A DNA stretch of 47,508 nucleotides, from the NCBI GenBank assembly GCA_016839445.1, contig JAEOUG010000060.1:1-47508 (forward strand). The letters are read 5' to 3'. The first letter of the stretch is position 1. Every line of letters starts with the position of its first letter. Origin of the DNA: Candidatus Thorarchaeota archaeon (GTDB lineage: Archaea; Asgardarchaeota; Thorarchaeia; Thorarchaeales; Thorarchaeaceae). The notes beneath the pieces are model-generated. The model ran no database searches. It was not told the origin of the DNA and saw nothing but the letters and a program-made list of their open reading frames with translations. The translations under genes and the position numbers were made by a program. Shown here in pieces: positions 9,830 through 16,719 of this stretch.

Positions 9830-10048
9830 CTAAGGCAGGCTGAACAGCTGGGTCAGGCTGTTCCAGCTATCTTCTAGCAACTGAAAGAGAGCGTCAACAA
9901 TTCCCTGTGCCCATCCTGTTGCCTGGAGAATCACCGCTATCACGATGGAAACAGTCACCACTGCTAGACCCAGCAGAAGGCTCTCCTCGACCAAGGGCCC
10001 ACCAGATTCCTCTTCAATGACACCCCTTTTCTCTTTCATTCTGTTCAT
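9830..10048 (-). CDS. Flp/type IV-like prepilin with class III signal peptide
   Basis: Charged leader MNRMKEKRGVIEEESG, then G|GPLVE with Glu at +5, a hydrophobic helix, and a short amphipathic tail. It lies directly downstream of a pilus ATPase. The start is uncertain (10039, 10048 or 10105). Confidence 0.65.
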   Translation of the reverse strand: MNRMKEKRGVIEEESGGPLVEESLLLGLAVVTVSIVIAVILQATGWAQGIVDALFQLLEDSWNSLTQLFSLP

Positions 10049-10077
10049 CTCTGAGCCTGTACTCCCGCCATTGCCTA

Positions 10078-11787
10078 TTAAAGTCCTAAACCATGGTTTC
10101 TCCAATCGAAACCCATTGGATGTCCATCCTTCCAGAGAAGATCACAGGCGCTTTCGAATGCATCACCTGAGGAGTGCTTCTCGAGGAAACCCATGAGTCC
10201 CTCCAAGGCAGGCAGGTGAGAGAGATGTCCGGATTCTCTTGCTCTTCTTAGAAACGCACCATCTTCATTCCACGTCTTCAATCCATCCTCCCCGCTATAG
10301 ACACAGTTGAGTCCGCTGAACCTGATTAGTCCATCACTGGAAGTCCTGCAAACCTCTGCAATCTCTGTCACCACTCGTTTTGGCTCCGTTGGCTTTGGCC
10401 TCTGAAGCGTAACAACCAGATCCATGAGGGCTATAGAAACAGGCGCAATACCATGAGATATGTTCCATCTCGATATCAGTGCAGATGCAGAACTGCTATG
10501 ACATGTCTGTATGACTCGAAGTCCAGCGGAGAGGGCATGAAAAAGTGCCTCTGAATGCTCCTTGGTCTGAATCTCTCCAAGTACGACGTAGTCGGGGGAC
10601 CGATGTAAACACTTCACGATTTCATCGCTCTTGCTTGATTGTCTTGATTGCTCATCCACAGGGTCTACTCTGAATCGAACCTGATGTGAGGAAGAGATCT
10701 CTCTGCTCTCCAGTGCATCCTCCACATACACCCGTCTCCACTTCTTGGGTACAACCATATCCAAGGCATTCAGCAGCGTGGTCTTCCCAGAACCTGGCTC
10801 CCCTGTCACTGTAATATTGAACCTGTTCGCGATCGCAAGTACAAGCAGCGCCGCGGCTTCTTGGCTCAGAGTGCCGTTCTTGACCAAATCTGCCAAGCCA
10901 AACGGGGTGAATCTGGCACGGCGTAGTTCAAGGTGGAGTCCATCCGGACTCAGCGGAGGTATGCTTGCGGATATGCGCAGAGGCACTCCCAAGATGCTGA
11001 GATCGGTCTTCAGAGATGGATTACTCGAGTCAAGATGGAGGTTACTCTGTGCACGAAGCATTGTCACGATCTCAGAAGCATCATCTGGCTCACATACAAG
11101 CAAGGTTGTGCATCTTCCGTGAGTTTGGTGGTCGAAGTAGAATGCATTTCCAGGGTTATCCAAGAACACTTCCTCTGTCAATTCATCCATGAGAATCGGA
11201 ATTATAGGTCCAAGTACCGAGGAACGATGAGCAACTATCTCCGAGAGTCGACCTTGAGTTTCATCTGTCATTTCGGGAATGGTATTCCGAATATGCTTCG
11301 CAACATGATCCGCAATTCGATTGAGCTGATCCGTCAGCCCCTCACGTGCGGAACTTATCTCTCCAAAGGGCATCGTCGCGTTGTCAATCAGACGGCTCAA
11401 CAGCGAGTGCTCCAGCGGAGTCCTGACCAACGGATAGCTCTGAAACATCACCTCTTCCTGAGAGGACATCTCTTGGAAGACGAGAAGATATGGTCCAACG
11501 ATATGAAGGCCTACTACCTTGTGGGCAGTAGCACTGATGCAACCATCACTTCCTAGGAATATAGATTCCCAGCCCTCCTTGCACAACGAGGGATGCCCAG
11601 TTACGTACTCGGTACCTGTGCAAATGTGAATGAACCCCCTCTCGGCTTCTACTATCACCAAAGACCCGCAGTCATCTGTCTTCCTTTTCTTCTCCCAGCA
11701 AGGCGATTCTTCGTGCTTCTCACACATACTACAATCCGAAACATCACAGGAAACAACGGCAGGATTTACCCACAAGCAACTCACCAC
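10078..11787 (-). CDS. Type II/IV secretion-pilus ATPase (TadA/CpaF/VirB11/FlaI family) with Cys-rich N-terminus
   Basis: Walker A GEPGSGKTTLLNAL, Asp box VEDALE, Walker B LHRSPDYVVLGEIQ, His box QTCHS. Confidence 0.9.
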   Translation of the reverse strand: MVSCLWVNPAVVSCDVSDCSMCEKHEESPCWEKKRKTDDCGSLVIVEAERGFIHICTGTEYVTGHPSLCKEGWESIFLGSDGCISATAHKVVGLHIVGPYLLVFQEMSSQEEVMFQSYPLVRTPLEHSLLSRLIDNATMPFGEISSAREGLTDQLNRIADHVAKHIRNTIPEMTDETQGRLSEIVAHRSSVLGPIIPILMDELTEEVFLDNPGNAFYFDHQTHGRCTTLLVCEPDDASEIVTMLRAQSNLHLDSSNPSLKTDLSILGVPLRISASIPPLSPDGLHLELRRARFTPFGLADLVKNGTLSQEAAALLVLAIANRFNITVTGEPGSGKTTLLNALDMVVPKKWRRVYVEDALESREISSSHQVRFRVDPVDEQSRQSSKSDEIVKCLHRSPDYVVLGEIQTKEHSEALFHALSAGLRVIQTCHSSSASALISRWNISHGIAPVSIALMDLVVTLQRPKPTEPKRVVTEIAEVCRTSSDGLIRFSGLNCVYSGEDGLKTWNEDGAFLRRARESGHLSHLPALEGLMGFLEKHSSGDAFESACDLLWKDGHPMGFDWRNHGLGL

Positions 11788-11807
11788 TCCTTATACTTCA
11801 GGACTGG

Positions 11808-12851
11808 CTAGTGTACAGCTTCAGGTGCTTCCACGAATCCCTTGATCATGCCAAAGTGGTCCCGAATGCTATACTCGGCAACATCAGTAGCAGTTGATGT
11901 GAGCTTCTGTGTCAATACCGCACGTTTTCTGTGACGTACTGCGATTAGCCTATCACTTGCATAGGCCGCCGACACTGTGAAGATGAACGGATTTCGTCCT
12001 CCCCTTTTCGAGGCCGGAATCATCTTCAAGACGTCCAGAAGGCAGTCTCTTAGAGCATTCTCGTATTCATCTGGTTTCCATTGACGTGATTTGATCTTGC
12101 TCAGAACTTTCGAGGAATTCATGAGCATCGACAGAACCCTTGGAACATAGTCTTCCGGCTTGCGAATGCTTGGCACGTGACCTGTCAGAGACCTGAGCCG
12201 TAGAGCTTCTCGTACAATGGCTCTCACATTCACACGATGACCACACTTCTCGAAGACATCTGCTATCTCTTCCAGCGTAATAGGCGCATCTTCCCTGAAC
12301 TCCCTTACAGCCATAAGGAGGCAGACCGCCATGAGCAGAATGTTATTCTTGATACCGTTTGAGGTATCAGATGAAACCTTCTTGTAGAGATACGCAGTTC
12401 TGTCTCGAACCTGCTCAGTCAGCATCAGGAGCTTGGAAACATGATTCAGTGTTCGCAAAGCTCTATACTTCGCCTCGTTCTTTCCAATCCTGATTCGGGT
12501 ACTATAGATGGTCTTTAGTCTCTTGAACTTCTTCTGTTTGCGAGCAGACAGAGTCTGTCCGCTGGCATCTTGGAAGTAGCGATCTTTGTGATAGCCGATA
12601 TAGCTCCCAAGACCATCCACAATATGCATTCGGTTTCCTAGAGATACATACATCGTCGCCTCAGGAGAGCCAGCTTGTTGTTCCTCTCCCATCTGGTATG
12701 TTGGCAGAACGTATTCTCTGGAGATGACTAGACCGCAATTTGCGCAGACAATATGCCCACGACTTATCACCAAGAATCCTCCACAATCTGAACAAGACTT
12801 GGAGGTTGTCTGGTGATGGTATTCACATGTTCCATCAGTCAAGAACCACAC
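11808..12851 (-). CDS. Divergent transcription initiation factor IIB (TFB) paralog
   Basis: Zn ribbon CSDCGG...VCANCGLVI, two cyclin-like repeats, GRNP..F..SAAY, and C-terminal HTH LTQKLTSTATDVAEYSIRDH. The B-reader is non-canonical (no EWR motif). The start may be the TTG at 12842. Confidence 0.8.
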   Translation of the reverse strand: MWFLTDGTCEYHHQTTSKSCSDCGGFLVISRGHIVCANCGLVISREYVLPTYQMGEEQQAGSPEATMYVSLGNRMHIVDGLGSYIGYHKDRYFQDASGQTLSARKQKKFKRLKTIYSTRIRIGKNEAKYRALRTLNHVSKLLMLTEQVRDRTAYLYKKVSSDTSNGIKNNILLMAVCLLMAVREFREDAPITLEEIADVFEKCGHRVNVRAIVREALRLRSLTGHVPSIRKPEDYVPRVLSMLMNSSKVLSKIKSRQWKPDEYENALRDCLLDVLKMIPASKRGGRNPFIFTVSAAYASDRLIAVRHRKRAVLTQKLTSTATDVAEYSIRDHFGMIKGFVEAPEAVH

Positions 12852-13013
12852 CCAGTAAAAGGTGCGTAATCCTTCCTAACTGGATTTCACATGAGATTTG
12901 TACATCCAACGGAAGATGCAGTTCATCCAGGCAAACACTAAGGTCTCATGAAAGGCTATCTGCAGCCTAGTCAGATAGGGGGGTGGCCGAAAGTAATCAG
13001 CAGAAGTCGGCTT

Positions 13014-13379
13014 CTAGTTAAGAGCAAGATAGAACCTATCAGACTCAAATGTCTTGATCTGCACGGGCGTGGCTTTGCTCAGATTAAGAATGAGTCTAAG
13101 GCCTCCAATTGACCCGACAATCTCAAGATTCTCCGAGTCATTCTTCTTGAAAACGGTCCCTTCTACATACAGCTTGGTGGAGTTTCCCTTAGATATCGGC
13201 TTTGAATCGATAACTACACCCACATTCTGGTTGGCGGCCATTCCAGTGCAAAGCACATCCGGTAACTCAATCGTCAGAGCAGCTCCCTCGCTCTTCGATG
13301 ACAGCTTGACCAGCTTCAGTCTCCTGGTCTCAGTTTCTTCAATAGAGTCTATCTTACTGTCTTTTAGCCTGACAACCAT
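13014..13379 (-). CDS. rpo8: DNA-directed RNA polymerase subunit Rpo8/RpoG (Rpb8 homolog)
   Basis: OB-fold size (121 aa). LYVEGTVFK...VGSIGGLRLIL...FYLAL matches the Rpb8 'YVMxGxVYK...SFGGLL...YLL' pattern. The start is the ATG at 13379. Confidence 0.7.
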   Translation of the reverse strand: MVVRLKDSKIDSIEETETRRLKLVKLSSKSEGAALTIELPDVLCTGMAANQNVGVVIDSKPISKGNSTKLYVEGTVFKKNDSENLEIVGSIGGLRLILNLSKATPVQIKTFESDRFYLALN

Positions 13380-13501
13380 CTTTGACAAGCCTCCAAAGTG
13401 GGCCCTATGGTCTTGGCCAGGCATCTCGTTTTAACCCTGTCGCTACAGCGTTGGGTCGTTTTTTAGGGAGCATCCATACCTTCCTTCGGTGACAGCGTCG
13501 T

Positions 13502-15394
13502 ATGAAGCCAAGACACATTGCCGCACTCGTCGCTTTTCTCGTTATGACCCCTCTGCTAGTGACTCCTGCAGCAGCCTACTACTTCGACTTGCAGGACTTT
13601 GAAACCGACAAGCTGGTCTACGAAGTTGGCGAAACGGTCAACATGGCTGCAAGTCTGATAGCGGACTTCGGAACCAGTGGCTGGTGCAGGCTAACTTTCG
13701 GCTTCGTTTCAGATCAAGGCCCAGTCTTTGCTGAAGAATACAATGTCACTCCGTCAACACAACTACGTGTCTTCAATTCATGCTATGTCCTACATCCAGA
13801 CGACACGTCTCCGGGAAGTACGGGTACGCAGGGGTATGCCATCTTCAATGCAGAGATATACGACACAATCTCAGAGAGCGATGGAAGAAACATCGAAGTC
13901 ACTATTACTCGAGGACATCTCACAGCAATACCTCTCTCATCGATGACAGTCAACCATGGAACGAATACCACGCTCACGTTCAAGGTAGCAAGCGTACATA
14001 CTCCAGACATCACACTTGATGATGGCATTGCCACTGTTCACATTCGAGATGACCAAGGTCAACTTGTAGCACTACTCAACGAAACTGTTACACCTGAGGG
14101 GCTTACGAACGTCAGCTGGGACGAATCGTATGGCCCACCCGGCGATTATGAACTGACGATACATACAGAGGCGAATGATGACTTCCTCGAACTGAATGCC
14201 ACACTCCCGGTCACAGTCATTCCTGAGGCATCCTATCTGAACGTCGCCGAATCTCCCGAGTCGGCACACTGCCAATCACCAGATGGTACCATTTTCGACA
14301 CGATCCTTGTCAAAGTCGCACATACTGACATTCTAGGCGTTCCTGTCATTGGAAGCAGTGTAGGCTGGAATACCACTTCTGACTATGGCCCGATGACTCA
14401 CGAAGGAGGTGGCGTTTACTCCAGCTGGATTCCAGCTCGACTTGCACCCGGTCTCCATAATCTGACCGTCACGGCGAACCATTCCGAATACCAAATGGCA
14501 ATCCTTCAGATACCTCTCACACTCTTGCCGAACAGCGTGGTCCTGCAGACCAGTGTCGAGTCTCCAAACGTGACGGAAGGCGGCCTCCTTCGATTCAACG
14601 TAACTGCTACCGAGGAAGTCGGATGGAATCAGCCGATTCTCCTAGAACTCGATGACGGTATGGGCGAAGTGTCGTTTGCACTGACGGTGAATCCAGGAGA
14701 AACAGCGATTTTGACCCACGACCTAGAAGATGGCGTGTCAGTCGGTTCCCACACACTTTCCATTACTCCTAAGACAGAATTCTACTCAGTTACCGGTGGA
14801 GCGAATCTCACGTTCTTCTTGATAGGATTCATGACCTTAGATGCCGTCTTCGGAGAGGCCTTCTACTCCGAGGAATTGGGATTCAACTTGACTGTCCTAG
14901 ACTCTTCGAATGAAACTGTGGATTCAGTGGTCTGCTCCCTGCTTCTCTACAACGAAGTGGAACCGTTCTATGTTTCAGGTCTCCTGAATCCTAATGAAAG
15001 CCAGTCAGTTCCACTTCCTTCCTATGTAGGCCCCGGTCTCCATAATATCACGGTGGTTGTATCGAGCCCCTATTATCACCAGGTCAGCATTTCTACTCAA
15101 ATCACTGTCTGGATGAGAACCAACTTGTCCATTGTGATTGAGGGCAGCTCACTAGCGTCTGCCATCAATCAACCTCTCAATCTCTTGTGGTTCAATCATG
15201 AGGCCTCCTCCAATCTTGTTCAGCGGAAGGACCTCTACCGAGTCACCAACAGATCGACTGACTTCTCTAGAAAGCTGACCGAGATTGAGTTCAGGCACAA
15301 TAACCTTGTCTACGGTTTTGGAGAATGCCCTAATCTCTTCGTCTGGAAAGGGCCACAGGGTCCTGAGTCGCAGCGCTCTGACATCAATCCGTGA
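13502..15394 (+). CDS. Secreted surface glycoprotein with Ig-like domains
   Basis: Signal peptide ending in AAA; TDKLVYEVGETV motif; acidic, Thr/Val-rich beta repeats; many N-glycosylation sequons. There is no clear C-terminal anchor, and the 3' end overlaps korA. Confidence 0.7.
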   Translation: MKPRHIAALVAFLVMTPLLVTPAAAYYFDLQDFETDKLVYEVGETVNMAASLIADFGTSGWCRLTFGFVSDQGPVFAEEYNVTPSTQLRVFNSCYVLHPDDTSPGSTGTQGYAIFNAEIYDTISESDGRNIEVTITRGHLTAIPLSSMTVNHGTNTTLTFKVASVHTPDITLDDGIATVHIRDDQGQLVALLNETVTPEGLTNVSWDESYGPPGDYELTIHTEANDDFLELNATLPVTVIPEASYLNVAESPESAHCQSPDGTIFDTILVKVAHTDILGVPVIGSSVGWNTTSDYGPMTHEGGGVYSSWIPARLAPGLHNLTVTANHSEYQMAILQIPLTLLPNSVVLQTSVESPNVTEGGLLRFNVTATEEVGWNQPILLELDDGMGEVSFALTVNPGETAILTHDLEDGVSVGSHTLSITPKTEFYSVTGGANLTFFLIGFMTLDAVFGEAFYSEELGFNLTVLDSSNETVDSVVCSLLLYNEVEPFYVSGLLNPNESQSVPLPSYVGPGLHNITVVVSSPYYHQVSISTQITVWMRTNLSIVIEGSSLASAINQPLNLLWFNHEASSNLVQRKDLYRVTNRSTDFSRKLTEIEFRHNNLVYGFGECPNLFVWKGPQGPESQRSDINP

Positions 15395-16285
15395 CTGGTC
15401 AGACATCAGCTCCTCTACAGCCCGCGATGTTGACCCAAATGAAACAATACCCCACTCTGCACTTTCAGGTCCACTCAATACGATATCAACAAGGTATTTG
15501 GAGGCATCACGTATCTTCGATGTGATTCTTCGAACAAGACCATCATGTATACCTGGATCTGAAGTCCGCCTAAACCCCCGCTCATCATGAGTAGAACCAG
15601 TAATCAAGAGATTGTGCCCATCCCCGAACCTCGGCATCAACGAGTGACCGTCCTCATCTACAACACCAAACGGATTACCTCTCTTGTCCAGAAATCTCCT
15701 CGCAATCTCAGCATCGGTCTTGCGTTCTACAATCACCTTCTCCCGCGAATGAGCCACCACCTCATCTGACAGGAGAATTACAGGATGCCGAAGCCTCTCA
15801 GAAACAGCGAATGCCCGAATTGTCAACTCATAGGTTTCCTGAGCAGAATTGGGCGCAATCACAACAGCTTCATAGTCACCATGGGTTCCCCATCTGGCTT
15901 GCATGAAGTCGCCCTGAGCCGCCTTCGTCGCTTGACCAGTGCTGGGCCCTGCTCGTTGGACATCTACTATGACACACGGCGTTTCTGTCATTGCAGCATA
16001 TCCAATACTCTCCTGCATTAAACTGAAGCCTGGCCCCGACGTGGCAGTCATAGATAGCGCTCCACCCCACGAGCTTCCAATGACTGCAGATATGGCCCCG
16101 ATTTCGTCCTCCATCTGTACGTACCTACCTCCTACTCGAGGCAATTCCACAGACATTATCTCTGCGATCTCAGAAGCGGGCGTAATGGGGTAGCCTGCGA
16201 AGAATCTACAACCTGCTTGGATTGCAGCCTCCGCACACGCCTGATTGCCTTGCCAAAAGACGACATTCTTCACAGATGATGACAT
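15152..16285 (-). CDS. korA: 2-oxoacid:ferredoxin oxidoreductase alpha subunit
   Basis: QGNQACAEAAI.AGCRFFAGYPITPASEI, QMEDEIGA, ATSGPGFSLMQE, DVQRAGPSTG, VPELNLGQ. The start is the ATG at 16285. Confidence 0.92.
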   Translation of the reverse strand: MSSSVKNVVFWQGNQACAEAAIQAGCRFFAGYPITPASEIAEIMSVELPRVGGRYVQMEDEIGAISAVIGSSWGGALSMTATSGPGFSLMQESIGYAAMTETPCVIVDVQRAGPSTGQATKAAQGDFMQARWGTHGDYEAVVIAPNSAQETYELTIRAFAVSERLRHPVILLSDEVVAHSREKVIVERKTDAEIARRFLDKRGNPFGVVDEDGHSLMPRFGDGHNLLITGSTHDERGFRRTSDPGIHDGLVRRITSKIRDASKYLVDIVLSGPESAEWGIVSFGSTSRAVEELMSDQSRIDVRALRLRTLWPFPDEEIRAFSKTVDKVIVPELNLGQLSREVSRSVGDSVEVLPLNKIGGGLMIEPQEIERLIDGRR

Positions 16286-16405
16286 AGCGCCGTTGCTCCG
16301 GCCAAGGCCAATCGCCGCCTCAGATAAGCATACTCTTAGAGGTCCCAAAATGAGAAGCGGGATTGCGATAGTCTTTTATCGCCACTCGAGCGAATGACGA
16401 AAACA

Positions 16406-16509
16406 GCGGCCGTAGTCTAGTATGGTCAGGACCGGAGCTTCCCAAGCTTCTAACCCGAGTCGATCTCTCATCCAGGATCGCGGGAATTCAAATCCCGGCG
16501 GCCGCACCA
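16406..16509 (+). tRNA. tRNA-Gly(CCC) with 27-nt BHB intron at position 53/54 (intron 16460..16486)
   Basis: GCGGCCGTAGTCTAGTATGGTCAGGACC-GGAGC-TTCCCAA-GCTTC-TAACCCGAG[TCGATCTCTCATCCAGGATCGCGGGAA]TTCAAATCCCGGCGGCCGCACCA. A TTTTATC box lies at about 16374-16380. Confidence 0.92.
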
Positions 16510-16526
16510 CTTCTGCGTCAGGTTTA

Positions 16527-16650
16527 TCCTACACAATGAGTTAGAGATAGTGGCGAGTGATGATTTCCATGACCCCGATGAGTCCGTGAGGACGATGATA
16601 TGGATCTTGAGTTAGGAGCTCGCCAATACTTTCGGTCACCTCCTACACAA
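16527..16650 (+). repeat. 10-bp direct repeat TCCTACACAA (16527-16536 and 16641-16650)
   Basis: Two exact copies read directly from the sequence; they flank the structured element. Confidence 0.75.
16549..16632 (+). ncRNA. Putative structured small RNA with two K-turns (C/D-box-like)
   Basis: Terminal stem TGGCGAGT/GCTCGCCA, box-C-like GTGATGA, internal stem TCCATG/TATGGA, and apical GTCC-GTGA-GGAC hairpin flanked by ATGA/GATGA. TTTATC lies 29 nt upstream. Confidence 0.5.
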
Positions 16651-16719
16651 ACATCCATTTAATCGTACAATCTACAAACGCTTTTAAGCCAGAATCTAGA
16701 ATTACAGTTTCGGAGTGCG

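Noticed and set aside
3722-16509. Integrated conjugative element bounded by tRNA-Glu or tRNA-Gly
   Set aside because: No integrase, relaxase or duplicated tRNA 3' end was seen, and core genes (rpo8, tfb, korA) are interleaved.
16574-16598. Hammerhead-ribozyme-like string CCGATGAGTCCGTGAGGACGATG
   Set aside because: It resembles CUGAUGA-stem II-GAAA, but invariant core bases are changed (CCGA for CUGA, GAUG for GAAA) and no stems I/III with a cleavage triplet were found. A K-turn explains it better.
16549-16632. SECIS-like AUGA/GA motif
   Set aside because: No adjacent gene with an in-frame UGA at a Cys-equivalent position was found, and the apical A-rich motif is missing.
16510-16719. Canonical ORB-type replication origin next to cdc6
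   Set aside because: No TCCA...GAAA...GGGG-type ORB repeats or long AT-rich unwinding element were recognised, so no origin is called.
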